Positions 11,253-21,262 of a stretch of DNA of 64,000 nucleotides are shown piece after piece (the stretch's first letter is position 1; every line of letters begins with the position of its first letter). The DNA lies in NCBI GenBank assembly GCA_963728565.1, contig CAVSLC010000011.1:64001-128000 (forward strand). Reading direction: 5' to 3'. A program made the translations under genes and the position numbers. This DNA comes from an uncultured delta proteobacterium. GTDB lineage: Bacteria > Desulfobacterota > Binatia > UBA9968. Below the pieces are notes generated by a model, which made no database searches, was not told where the DNA came from, and was given only the letters and a program-made list of their open reading frames with translations.

Positions 11253-11913
11253 ATGCTCGAAGAGTGGTTGAACCCGATGAAGGTCAGTTTGTTTGCGCGG
11301 GAGTATCTGCGCGCACAACCTTACGCGAGTCCGTCATCCGCTCGTCGTGTGATGCTCGATTTTTGGATGGGATACCCTCGACCAACTGTTAACCCGTAAT
11401 CCGCCTGACGTTTTGGTTGTGGCCCGGGGTAAGCTGTTAGAGCTACCTATACCCAGGAGGTTAGGCGAGGCACTCGACCTTCTCACCAGCGGAGTTGGGC
11501 TGGTGATTCGTCGTGCGGAGAAACTTGATCCTGGGATTGCCGGACTTGCCGCATCCCTGACGCAGCATATTCCGGGTGAAGTGCATGTTCAATTGATTGT
11601 TACACCCGGCGGCACTTATGGCTTTGGCTGGCATTATGACGACGAAGACGTCTTCATCGTACAGACCGAAGGCGCAAAGGATTACTTTTTTCGCGACAAC
11701 ACGGTTGAGCGTGAACGGCCACCGGGTACGGCGCCCGATTTCAGTCGATTCTGCGATGAAGTCTCGCCGATCGGCACGGCTCGGCTGCTGGCCGGTGATT
11801 GGTTATACATTCCCGCGCGCTGGTGGCATGCGGCAAAATGCATCGAGGATTCACTTTCGATTTCTCTCGGCATTTTTCCCAAGCCGCTCTGGCTCAGTAG
11901 AATCGATAAATGA
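11253..11913 (+). CDS. JmjC/cupin-like 2OG-Fe(II) oxygenase, frameshifted near 11362
   Basis: GFGWHYDDEDVFIVQTEGAK (HxD) and LLAGDWLYIPARWWHAA motifs; N-terminus MLEEWLNP joins through the T-run to FGWDTLDQLL. Confidence 0.8.
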
Positions 11914-12025
11914 GAGCAGTGATTGTGGAGGGACAGTCCTATACTGCGTGGCGCTCTGAAGAGCAGCACCAGCCGCTTTATATGACTGGATCGGTGCTTA
12001 GGCCCGGATGGAAACAGGATTGTTA

Positions 12026-12235
12026 CTAAATGGGATCGCGCCGGCTGATGAGGAGAAGCTGAGGCCGGCCGATACGCGGTGGAGGAACAGAGACATCATA
12101 GCCGCGTCGCCGGAGATTTCGTGCCCTTTGAGACGCTAACATCCAGCTTTGAAAGGAGGTGCGTGCTAAATTCTCCCGCAGCTGGTTCAAATTCTTCTTC
12201 TTGACCAGCGTGTGTTTGTCCTTGTTTTGCTTCAA
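12026..12235 (-). CDS. Small basic hypothetical protein
   Basis: GAAGGA RBS before a TTG start and a TTGACA upstream; no recognisable motif. Confidence 0.3.
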   Translation of the reverse strand: MKQNKDKHTLVKKKNLNQLRENLARTSFQSWMLASQRARNLRRRGYDVSVPPPRIGRPQLLLISRRDPI

Positions 12236-12659
12236 GTTAGTCCTTCCATCCGACCGCTGCGAAGATTGTCTTAGTTACTGTAAGCGGCCAGATTTGTCAA
12301 ATACTTTGACCATCTTGTTTGTACTTTTCGCAAACCCCCCGCTTGAATACGGGTGCGTTGCCTACCGGTCTAGCTTGCGCCGGCGATTTCTAATTTACAC
12401 ACGTGCGCCTAAGAGGGTACGGCTTGCGTCTGGCTGCCCGGCTCAGCCGAATTATAATGCTATGTCTGGAGCGACAAAGCCATTTCGGTAGTTTTGATTC
12501 CCTTCAGTTGACACGACAATCCTGAATCGAATAACCTTTGGCCGCTCGGGCAGAAAAAATTCCCGATTGTACCTCGTGATTAGGATACGAAAGAGGATAA
12601 GGGTGAATCGAAGTATTTTGGCGGGCAGGATCTAAATCTGGATTGGCGGGGATTGAACC

Positions 12660-13688
12660 ATGAAAAGCTTTGTTATCGGCTTCTTGTTTCTGATTTTTGG
12701 TGCTGCCAGCCTCCACGCGCAGGCTCCTTTTTACGAGGGCAAGACTATCAGAATTATCGTCGGGCTGCCCGCTGGCGACGTCTATGACCTCTACGCCCGC
12801 ATGCTAGCCGAGCATATGGGGAAGCATATCCCTGGTAACCCCAACATCATCGTGCAAAACATGGCTGGCGCATCGAGCATGATTACGGCGAATTACGTCT
12901 ACAACGTTGCCAAACCGGACGGTTTGACGTTTGGATCGATTCTGCCTTCGCTTTATTTCGATCAGCTCGTTGGACGATCGGAAGTAAAATTTGACTGGCC
13001 CAAGTTCACCTGGTTGGGGAGCTTCGAGAAGTCAAATAACTTGCTCTATATGCGCAGCGATACGCCGTTCAAAACGATTCACGACGTGACCAAGACCAAT
13101 GAGTCTCCTAAATGCGGCTCCACCGGCACAGGCTCGCCATCCTACTATCTAGTAAAACTTATGAATGAAAGCATCGGCGCGAAGTTTGAAATAGTTACCG
13201 GATATAAAGGAGGACAGGAAATCGACCTGGCGGTGGAAAAAGGCGAAGTGGATTGCCGCGCTTTTACCGTCACGACGTACTTTGCGCGCGAGCCTTTCAT
13301 CAGCTGGCGTAAAAAGAATTTTGTGCGGGTTTTGTTTCAGACCGGCAAGACCCGGGATCCTCGCTTGCCCGAGGTGCCCACCGTTCAAGAGCTCATCGAA
13401 CAATACAAGACTCCGGAAGGGACCAAACGCATGGCAGCATTGGTGTTAGCGTCCGGAGAATTTGGCCGGCCCATCATAGCCACACCCGGCATCCCGGCAG
13501 ATCGTGTGAAGATGCTCCGAGATGCGTTTAGCAAAACTCTCAGCGATCCAGCGTTGTTGGCGGATGCTAAAAAGAGGAGGCTGGATATAGATCCGACCAG
13601 CGCGGAGGACCTCGAATCTCTGGCCAAGGAGGTTTTCACCGCCAATCGGGAGTTGATTGAGCGGATGAAAACATTGCTCAGCAAGTGA
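12660..13688 (+). CDS. Bug/TctC family tripartite tricarboxylate transporter substrate-binding protein
   Basis: FYEGKTIRIIVG, HIPGNPNIIVQNMAGA, AKPDGLT, GYKGG and PGIPADRV motifs. Confidence 0.9.
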   Translation: MKSFVIGFLFLIFGAASLHAQAPFYEGKTIRIIVGLPAGDVYDLYARMLAEHMGKHIPGNPNIIVQNMAGASSMITANYVYNVAKPDGLTFGSILPSLYFDQLVGRSEVKFDWPKFTWLGSFEKSNNLLYMRSDTPFKTIHDVTKTNESPKCGSTGTGSPSYYLVKLMNESIGAKFEIVTGYKGGQEIDLAVEKGEVDCRAFTVTTYFAREPFISWRKKNFVRVLFQTGKTRDPRLPEVPTVQELIEQYKTPEGTKRMAALVLASGEFGRPIIATPGIPADRVKMLRDAFSKTLSDPALLADAKKRRLDIDPTSAEDLESLAKEVFTANRELIERMKTLLSK

Positions 13689-13826
13689 AGAGTCTAAGGT
13701 GAGCCGGAGAAACCCGTGTTCGTGCTCGTGAAATGAACTCGTAGGAACAGAGAGCGGTTGGTCGCGCGGGGAGCTTTGTGTTTCTTGGACGCATATCGAC
13801 ATAGCCGAGGAGGATCATGATTTGCT

Positions 13827-14780
13827 TCAAGTCAACGGTCGATTGCCGCGCGCGCTTTGCGTCTTAAGGATTATTTTACCGCGCCTGTGCGGGGCGCCTT
13901 CGAGCATCTCGTGGGCCTGCCGGCATTCGTCGAGCCAGAGCACTTCACCAACTTGAGTCTTAAGCTTGCCCGCATCGATGAGCTCGGTAATTTTTTGCAA
14001 TCTTTCGGCAGTGACTTGAACCAGGAAGAATGACGCTCGCACCCCGTGTCGATGAGCCTTTTCTTGGGATGGAGCAGCCGATGAAGAGACGATGACGCCG
14101 CCGCGCTTAACCACACCATACGATCGTTCGAGGATCTCGCCGCCGACGGTATCGATCACAACGTCGACGTCTTTCACCTTTTCCTCAAAGCGGCTGGCGC
14201 GGTAGTCGATCACCCCCAGGCCGCCGAGACTGCGGATGTAGAAAACATCGCCAGCCGCTGCGGTGGTTATCACCATGGCGCCCGCCTGTTTGGCAAACTG
14301 CACTGCGTAGCCGCCAACATTACCGGCGCCGCCGTGGATGAGCACCGACTGTCCGGCGCTCAGCCGGGCAAACTCAAACACCATCTGCCATGCGGTTACG
14401 CTCACGACGGGTACGGAGCCAGCATGGCTGTAATTGAGGGTTCGCGGCTTGGGCGCGATCATGCTCGGTTTAGCGCGAGCATATTCGGCACAGGCTCCAG
14501 TGAAACTCTCGGCCGTTACGCCAAAGACTTCGTCGCCAATTTTGAATCGCTCCACACCGGACCCGATAGAGTCTATCACACCGGAAAAGTCAGACCCTAA
14601 AGTGAGTGGAAGGGTTTGCGGTAGAGCGCTGTCGCCGCGGCGGATCAAAGCATCCCATGGCCCAACACCGGCAGCTTCCACCTTGACGACGACCTCGCCC
14701 GCGTTTGGCACAGGCTTGGGGATATCCTCTATGCGGATTACCTCGGGACCGCCAAATCTGTGAATTCGAACAGCCTTCAT
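13827..14780 (-). CDS. NADP-dependent oxidoreductase (MDR / quinone oxidoreductase-like)
   Basis: MKAVRIHRFGGPEV, LGSDFSG, VLIHGGAGNVG and GKIIL motifs. Confidence 0.9.
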   Translation of the reverse strand: MKAVRIHRFGGPEVIRIEDIPKPVPNAGEVVVKVEAAGVGPWDALIRRGDSALPQTLPLTLGSDFSGVIDSIGSGVERFKIGDEVFGVTAESFTGACAEYARAKPSMIAPKPRTLNYSHAGSVPVVSVTAWQMVFEFARLSAGQSVLIHGGAGNVGGYAVQFAKQAGAMVITTAAAGDVFYIRSLGGLGVIDYRASRFEEKVKDVDVVIDTVGGEILERSYGVVKRGGVIVSSSAAPSQEKAHRHGVRASFFLVQVTAERLQKITELIDAGKLKTQVGEVLWLDECRQAHEMLEGAPHRRGKIILKTQSARGNRPLT

Positions 14781-14808
14781 TTCAACGTTCAGATCAAATA
14801 TGCCAGCC

Positions 14809-14874
14809 GCCTCCGTGCTCTGAGGAGTGGCCGACGAAACCGACTGCTCGGTATAGAGACCCTCCGGCGAGGTG
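14809..14874 (+). ncRNA. Hammerhead-ribozyme-like motif (core intact, proximal stem I imperfect)
   Basis: CTGAGGA(14820-26)-GT ggccg AC-GAAA(14836-39)-CCGA ctgc TCGG-TA. The core boxes, the G10.1-C11.1 pair, stem III and a GUA triplet are all in order. Confidence 0.4.
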
Positions 14875-15018
14875 AATGCTCGCGCCCATGAAAATGCATG
14901 ATCAGCTGAACTTCAAGAGTGAACGGAAATCAACTCGCCACAATATCTAAAACTTGTGACCGAAAACTCAGTAGTGTCGAGCTTAGCTGGAGCGACAACG
15001 CGATTAAAATACTGTGCG

Positions 15019-16104
15019 TCAATTCTGTTGAGGGTCGACTCTTGTTGTGCTGCTTACTGCTGCAAGCTGTTTTCTTTCCGCGGCCGGAATAAGATGACGC
15101 TCCATGAAATCGTAAATGGCGCGCTGGTGTTCCCGTCGTCCATCATCAGGCGTCGGCACCGCGGTGGCAACTACCACTAGCTTGAGACCAGGCACTGTGA
15201 AAATAAATTGGCCGCCATGTCCCCAGGCATAGTGGGTCGTCTGCCCGCCCAAAGTGTCGATCCACCAGCCGTATCCATAATCGCGGCCGCTCCAGCTGGA
15301 TTTGGTGCGCGGCTTGAGAGATTCCTCCACCCACCGCGCCGAGACGATCTGCTTTTCCTTCATCCGGCCGCGGTTAAGATAGACTTCGCCGTATTCAAGC
15401 ATGGCCCGCGGAGTTAAATGCATATCGTTGCCGCCCAGGTAGATGCCTTGCGGGTCGCGAATCCACGGCCGAATCGCAATGGCCAGCGGCTCTGCTAAGT
15501 AGCGCCGAGCGAAATCAAACGTGCTCATCTTCGTCGCCTTCGTCAGTATCGCCGAGAGCAGGTGGGAGTTGCCGGTGCTATAGATCATCCTGCCGCCGGG
15601 TTCGTCGATCAGAGGACGGGTCAATACGTGACGCACCCAGTTGGCGCTGGTTACCCATTGCCCATAGTTGACGTTGCTGGTGGTCTCTAGGCCCGAGCGC
15701 ATGGTTAACAGATCTTCAATGGTAATCCTCTTCTTTGCAGCATCAGCCTCGGGACCGAGATACTCCGGAAAAAACTTGGCAATGGGATCTGTAATAGATT
15801 TGAGCTGCCCGCGATCCAGCGCGATGCCGATAAGAGTCGATATGATACTTTTGGAAGCTGACTTCAGATTAGCCGGGTCGGTAGAGCGCGCGCCGTGGAA
15901 ATAGCGCTCGTCGACGAGCTCGCCGTCAATTGAAATCAGCAAACTCCTGAGGCGGGGCAGACTACGGAGGGCTTCCTCAAAGGAAAGCGCGGCCCTTTCG
16001 GTGACGGATGACCTGCCAGTAGTCGGCATCGTAAAAACCGTAATCACAGCAAAGAGAAGCGGCCAGAGGATTTTCGCACAACCGAGTTTCAGCTTAATTT
16101 GCAT
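15019..16104 (-). CDS. Serine hydrolase, beta-lactamase class C-like
   Basis: SASK (SxxK), LLTMRSG, YSTG and WGHGGQ motifs; N-terminal signal or TM segment. Start uncertain (ORF extends to 16182). Confidence 0.85.
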   Translation of the reverse strand: MQIKLKLGCAKILWPLLFAVITVFTMPTTGRSSVTERAALSFEEALRSLPRLRSLLISIDGELVDERYFHGARSTDPANLKSASKSIISTLIGIALDRGQLKSITDPIAKFFPEYLGPEADAAKKRITIEDLLTMRSGLETTSNVNYGQWVTSANWVRHVLTRPLIDEPGGRMIYSTGNSHLLSAILTKATKMSTFDFARRYLAEPLAIAIRPWIRDPQGIYLGGNDMHLTPRAMLEYGEVYLNRGRMKEKQIVSARWVEESLKPRTKSSWSGRDYGYGWWIDTLGGQTTHYAWGHGGQFIFTVPGLKLVVVATAVPTPDDGRREHQRAIYDFMERHLIPAAERKQLAAVSSTTRVDPQQN

Positions 16105-16386
16105 TATTCTGCCGTATCTGGCGATTCTTGAATTGCGCGCTACCCTGAGTATTTCCCATGATGAAAGTATCACCAATCGCATGGGTATATTATTTAATCA
16201 CTTACCGACAGTAAAGGGAGATGGTTGCTGCTCCCGGATTGACATGAAAGCAGCTGGTCGGTTAGTCTCCGTTGCAAAACAAAAACTGCTGGCTCTTTCT
16301 CGTTTATTGTTCTCGACCATTTTCGGAGTTTGCTGAAAATATCCTTAGCTGTCGACACAGCGAACTCGGACTGCAATTCAGTACTA

Positions 16387-17931
16387 ATGCTTAGGCGCAG
16401 AGTAGATAAGCGGCAGAACCGCCGTTGGGAGTTGGCAACGCTGGCTTTGTTTGTGAGCTTCTTTATGTTTGCGCCAATGTCGTTGGCGATTGCAGCCTCG
16501 GCACAACAGGAATTTCGCTGGGCCGCCGACCCCGAGGGTGGGGCGCCGTTTGTCGAAGCGGATCCGGCGCGTCCTGATCGACTAGTTGGGTTCGATGTCG
16601 AGATCGCCGAGATCATCGCGCAGGGGCTTAACCGCTCAGCCACTTTCCTTAATGTCGCCTTTACATCAATCGATCAGTCTATCGAGCGCGACGACGCCGA
16701 GATCGGTTTGGGAGGGATCGAAGACACGCCAGCGCGCCGCGCCACGATGGCGCCGACGGTGCCGTATTATAGATTTCGTGAGGTGTTGAGCGTACGTGAC
16801 ACGGACGCTTCACGCTTTCGCACCCTCGCCGATTTGCGCGGACGACGGATCGGCACGCTCGGAGGTACCATCGCGTATGAGATTCTTCTCCGCGCCGAGC
16901 GCGATTTCGGCATCAAAGTCGTTTCCTATGATGATGATGTGCATCCCTTTACGGATCTGATCATCGGACGTGTGGATGCCGTGCTGCTCGATAACGTTCT
17001 CGCCGAGCGGCGCCGTCGTACCACTTCGGGGTTCACTATCCAGCCGGAAATCGTTGCGACGGGCCACTACGTCGGGGTCCTCGCAACCCGGAACGCTGCA
17101 CTACGCGAATCGGTCAACGAAATTCTACGCAACGCAATGCGCGACGGCACTTTAGAACGGATTTTTCGTAAATGGCGGGTATGGAACGAGGATCAACCGG
17201 CCTTGTTCGCCGACGTGCTCGCAGGCAATCCACTGCCGCCGGTACTTGGCTTCGATTTGCCCGCCGGCGAAGCGACCGTTTCCAAATGGCGGACGGTGCA
17301 GGCCTACCTGCCCGCGCTTTTTCGCGCCGCCGCAATTACGATGGTGCTTTCATGTTTGTCGATGGTGCTGGCCATCATCATCGGTGTGTCGATCGCCAGT
17401 GGACGCGTCTACGGCGGCAAGATCGCCCGTTCGCTTTTAACCGCTTACGTAGAGATCATCCGCGGAACGCCGATCCTTCTTCAGCTTTTCATCTTGTACT
17501 ACGGTATCGTCGAACTCATTCGCCTACCCGCTTTCGTCGCTGCGCTTCTTGGACTCGGACTCAACTATGCCGCATACGAAAGTGAAATCTACCGCGGTGC
17601 GCTCGAGGCCGTACCGGGCGGTCAACTCGAGGCTGCACGGATACTCGGCTTCAATGAGTTTCAGGTTCTAACATTGGTGCGCGGACCTCAGGCGTTTCGT
17701 TTAGCGCTGCCGCCGATGACCAATGATTTCGTTGCCCTGCTTAAAGATTCCTCGCTGGTCTCGGTGCTTACCGTTCTTGAGTTGACCAAACAAACGCAAA
17801 TTTTCGCGACCAACATCGGCAGCTGGGTTGTTCCCGGGGCGTTGTGCGCCGCGCTTTATATGGCGATGTCGTTACCGCTGGCGGCATTGGCGCGCCGGCT
17901 TGAGCAACGATGGCGGCGGCGGACGGCATGA
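16387..17931 (+). CDS. Polar amino-acid ABC transporter, fused substrate-binding domain and permease
   Basis: SBP_bac_3 motifs (GFDVEIA, LRGRRIG, GRVDA) followed by a HisM-type permease (RGTPILLQ, EIYRGAL, GQLEAA, KDSSL). Start uncertain. Confidence 0.9.
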   Translation: MLRRRVDKRQNRRWELATLALFVSFFMFAPMSLAIAASAQQEFRWAADPEGGAPFVEADPARPDRLVGFDVEIAEIIAQGLNRSATFLNVAFTSIDQSIERDDAEIGLGGIEDTPARRATMAPTVPYYRFREVLSVRDTDASRFRTLADLRGRRIGTLGGTIAYEILLRAERDFGIKVVSYDDDVHPFTDLIIGRVDAVLLDNVLAERRRRTTSGFTIQPEIVATGHYVGVLATRNAALRESVNEILRNAMRDGTLERIFRKWRVWNEDQPALFADVLAGNPLPPVLGFDLPAGEATVSKWRTVQAYLPALFRAAAITMVLSCLSMVLAIIIGVSIASGRVYGGKIARSLLTAYVEIIRGTPILLQLFILYYGIVELIRLPAFVAALLGLGLNYAAYESEIYRGALEAVPGGQLEAARILGFNEFQVLTLVRGPQAFRLALPPMTNDFVALLKDSSLVSVLTVLELTKQTQIFATNIGSWVVPGALCAALYMAMSLPLAALARRLEQRWRRRTA

Positions 17932-18608
17932 CCGCACACGTGCTGCAACTCAATGATGTGCGCCTTCGTCGCGGCGAACGCGAGGTGCTGGCCGGTGTCA
18001 CGTTCGGTGTGCAGCGCGGCGAAATCGTCGCCCTAATGGGGGCTTCAGGTTCCGGCAAGACCACGGTACTCAGATTAATCGCCGGGTTAGAGCCGTTTCA
18101 ATCAGGAATCGTCCAGGTTGAAGATTTGACGATTGTCGGCAACGGCGGCAATTCGGCCAATACTCTGCGTCTCCTGCGCTGTAAAATCGGCATGGTGTTC
18201 CAGTTTCACCATCTGTTCGAGCATATGCCGGCGGCTAAGAACGTCTGGCTCGCTCCGGTACACGCGCATGGTGTGCCTTACCGCGAAGCCGTTCGCCGCG
18301 CGCAGGAGCTACTCGCGCTGCTCGGCGTCGAACATCGCGCCAACGCACTGCCGGGCGAACTTTCGGGTGGCGAGGCGCAGCGCGTTGCCATCGCGCGCGC
18401 TCTGGCTGTGAATCCGCCGCTGCTGCTGATGGATGAGCCGACCGCATCGTTGGATGGGGCGCGCCGCAGTGAGTTGCGAGAGTTGCTTCAGGGATTGGTA
18501 GGTGAAGGACGGACCTTGGTTATCGCGACCCATGATGAGGAGTTCGCCAGCTCCTGCGCCATGCGGATTTTGCGCATGAATAACGGTATGGTTTCTAGCG
18601 AGGATTGA
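17928..18608 (+). CDS. Polar amino-acid ABC transporter ATP-binding protein
   Basis: Walker A GASGSGKT, LSGGE signature, Walker B LLMDEPT; ATGA overlap with the permease gene. Confidence 0.9.
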   Translation: MTAHVLQLNDVRLRRGEREVLAGVTFGVQRGEIVALMGASGSGKTTVLRLIAGLEPFQSGIVQVEDLTIVGNGGNSANTLRLLRCKIGMVFQFHHLFEHMPAAKNVWLAPVHAHGVPYREAVRRAQELLALLGVEHRANALPGELSGGEAQRVAIARALAVNPPLLLMDEPTASLDGARRSELRELLQGLVGEGRTLVIATHDEEFASSCAMRILRMNNGMVSSED

Positions 18609-18842
18609 ATTTGCTGGGCTAGAGTCGCTGCTCTTGCCTCAGGAACAACCGAATTCGCAGGAACGCGATCAGCCGGGTTAGTGATTATGGTGCTGATGCT
18701 GCGGCAAATGTCACCGGCAATTGTCATCTATAATCGACTCAGTCCCACCAATGCGTCGGGGTCATTGGGATCTCGGCCGCGGCTCGCTCGGGTGACCGCC
18801 GGTCGGCGTTACTTCACGCGATGAAACTACAGACCGGAAGCG

Positions 18843-19277
18843 TCATCTTCTTTGGCCTTCGCGCTGTCCTGGCTTTGACGATCCTGAATTTGCCGATATT
18901 GTTGGCACGCTCGCGCAGGTCTCATTAGACGAGCCGGAGATGTTCCCTTCACGAAACGCCCGTACGGTCCAGCAAAATGTATCACCGCCGGCTCCCGGCG
19001 GGTCGTCGGTAAAACTCGTTACGTTGGGGCCGACGAAGCCGACTTCATGAAAAACACCCGATATCTCCCGATAAATTATCGTGCCGTCCTCGTTCGAGTT
19101 CATGTCATTCCAATTGAGCTGAAACGGGTAACCAAAAGCCAGGGTGGGAGGTAATAACAACGCGATAAGTATGGACGTGATTCTGCCAGCAGATGTCCTT
19201 TCACTTGAGGCGCAATGCGCAATGGAGGCTTGTCTTACGCCTAGGGTACCCGTTGGCTGCGTATTTCTGTTAGTCAT
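18843..19277 (-). CDS. Small secreted or membrane protein with a fibronectin type III-like domain
   Basis: Hydrophobic segment, then LNWNDMNSNEDG..IYR..GPNVTSFTD..CWTVRAF..G.S..SNE; AAGGAG RBS. Confidence 0.6.
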   Translation of the reverse strand: MTNRNTQPTGTLGVRQASIAHCASSERTSAGRITSILIALLLPPTLAFGYPFQLNWNDMNSNEDGTIIYREISGVFHEVGFVGPNVTSFTDDPPGAGGDTFCWTVRAFREGNISGSSNETCASVPTISANSGSSKPGQREGQRR

Positions 19278-19635
19278 AGGTGCTCCTTACGGTAAGGCTG
19301 CTCTGCAGGCAGAAATCTACGACTGTGACGCAAGCCAACGAAGCTATCCACGGGCATGGAGTAGACGTGAGAGTGCCGCAGTCCTGCGCTGGTGAGCAGA
19401 GTTGTTTTTTTTACTCAAGTTGTTCGGCGATAATAAAGTGCCGTATTCGAATCATTATTCAGAATACGTTGGATCAATGACACAATGCGAAACTGAACTC
19501 TGCGGAGCTAGAGCGTGCCAGCATCAATTTCGGTTTGCGTCTTCTGATGCCGATATTGGAGCTGCCGTATCGATCATGCGGGTTGGATTTTCATCCCAGA
19601 GCACTCAGTGTTGCAATGTCGGTGAGGCGTGGGAC

Positions 19636-19650
19636 GCAAGCAAGGTGCCA
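19636..19650 (-). promoter_or_regulatory. Putative sigma54 promoter
   Basis: TGGCAC-CTTGC-TTGC, a full consensus match, oriented toward the FN3-like gene about 360 nt downstream. Confidence 0.55.
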
Positions 19651-19949
19651 GAAAGCCACCCTGAAGCGATTAAGGTAGTGCACTGCGCATTTCTCCCTAT
19701 GGAGATCTATTCATCTAGGATTGTGCGATGAGCCTGCGCCGCACGATTTACAGCTGGAGGTCGAAGGGCTTCTCCTCCAGCCCTGGCGTAGTTCATTCCA
19801 GACAAGATTTCCGCGGGGTTTATTCCAAAAAGCAGGCGACTTGTATGATCTAGGTCTTCTTTGGCGCTTTAGGAAGTCCTGGGCCGTGAGCGTTCATGCA
19901 ATCTGATTTGCAGTTGTTCGATAGCAGCGTAGCTGCTTTAAAATCATAT

Positions 19950-20282
19950 TCATGTCTTGGCCGGATCCGGCACTCGGACCCATACCTCGTCATTATCGAC
20001 CCTTACTGAATAGGTTTTGAGTGGAACCTCAGCCGGTAACCTCGTCACTTCCCCGGTTTTGATGCGGAACCTTGCGCCGTGACAGATACATTCCACTTGA
20101 TCGCTGTCGACTATCTTGCCGAAATCTTCGAGCGAGCAGTCGCTATGCGAGCACATCTCGCTGGTGCCATAAACTTCGCCAGCAATTTTGTAAAGCGCAA
20201 TGCGCTCGCCGTTGATTCTGACCGCGAGGATCGAACCTTCATCGAGTTCCGAGTTCGCGATCGCTCTCTTGAATTCAGACAT
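19950..20282 (-). CDS. Rieske [2Fe-2S] ferredoxin
   Basis: CSH...CICHGARF..KTG..P..PLKTY; about 110 aa. Confidence 0.9.
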   Translation of the reverse strand: MSEFKRAIANSELDEGSILAVRINGERIALYKIAGEVYGTSEMCSHSDCSLEDFGKIVDSDQVECICHGARFRIKTGEVTRLPAEVPLKTYSVRVDNDEVWVRVPDPAKT

Positions 20283-20425
20283 TCTTTTTCCTCGTGTTTG
20301 CTCCAACCGGGCGGCAAAATGTGTTCAGCAACGGGATATCAAATCGAATCGGGTAAACACGCGAGCTAGACTTGCTCCACGCCATCCACTCGGAATCCGC
20401 CGACGCCGATAACGAACTGGGCCCG

Positions 20426-21262
20426 TCATCGTGCGCTGGTAACTTCCCACCAATTGCGATTCAGGTCCGAGAAAATGAACCAAGCAACATCATTCGAACT
20501 TTCAATCGGGTCTAATGTGCCAAGTCCCAGCGTGTGAGCGGAATTTGACAGCGAGTGGTGCGCCTCTTCGACTTCGGACGCTGACTCAAGCGCAAGAACA
20601 AAACGTTGCGCTCGAGTGGGCAGAATCGGTTCGGCGCGAAAGGGCAGATTGACAATGTACCAGGGACTTTCCGGATGTTTCACATAGATGGAGGAGGGCC
20701 ACAGTTGGACAACCTCCAATCCGAGAACGTTCTCATAAAAACGGCGAGTGGCTTCTATATCGTGAAACTGGACCGTGCCGTGCGTCAGCGCCTGAGGAAT
20801 GTACCCGCGCCCTGGAAACTTCTCTCGGGAGATCGGAGTCTGCCAGTGAGGGCGCGTGGTTTTACCCATACCGGCTTCATCGGCTTTCTCGTAAGATTCG
20901 ATCTCCCAGAAATTTCCTCCGGGTTCAAAAAAATGGACCGAATAAGCGTTATGGTTTTCTTTAGGTTGGATGATTTTGATCTTGTATTCTCGCTTTTTTC
21001 TTTGCAGGTATTCGTGCGCTTCATCGATCTCACGGTTGGTCGCGACACGCACGCCATAGTGATGTTGGAAGGGCTTATCCGGACTATCGGCATCTGACTC
21101 GTGCGCGATCAGCTTCCAGTCGGTATTGGGATGCTTGAGAACGGTCTCACCGTTATCTCGCGCGACCACTTCAAGAGCCAGAAGATCTTGCAGAATAGGC
21201 AAGGTTTGTTGCAGTGAGCGGCATTCATAATGGCCCGCCACTAGCCCGATCGGTTTAAACAT
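20426..21262 (-). CDS. Two-domain VOC (glyoxalase/extradiol dioxygenase-like) protein
   Basis: Two repeats (GHYEC..LLALEVV..HYG..F.EPGGNFWEI and THGT..FYENVLGLEVV..F.DLNRNWWEV); AGGAGAAGGAG RBS. Confidence 0.8.
   Translation of the reverse strand: MFKPIGLVAGHYECRSLQQTLPILQDLLALEVVARDNGETVLKHPNTDWKLIAHESDADSPDKPFQHHYGVRVATNREIDEAHEYLQRKKREYKIKIIQPKENHNAYSVHFFEPGGNFWEIESYEKADEAGMGKTTRPHWQTPISREKFPGRGYIPQALTHGTVQFHDIEATRRFYENVLGLEVVQLWPSSIYVKHPESPWYIVNLPFRAEPILPTRAQRFVLALESASEVEEAHHSLSNSAHTLGLGTLDPIESSNDVAWFIFSDLNRNWWEVTSAR

Noticed and set aside
19320-19650. GACGCAAGC strings resembling the c-di-GMP-I riboswitch core
   Set aside because: No upstream GCAAAC or GNRA-capped P2, the core lacks an A, and they are antisense to the nearest gene.
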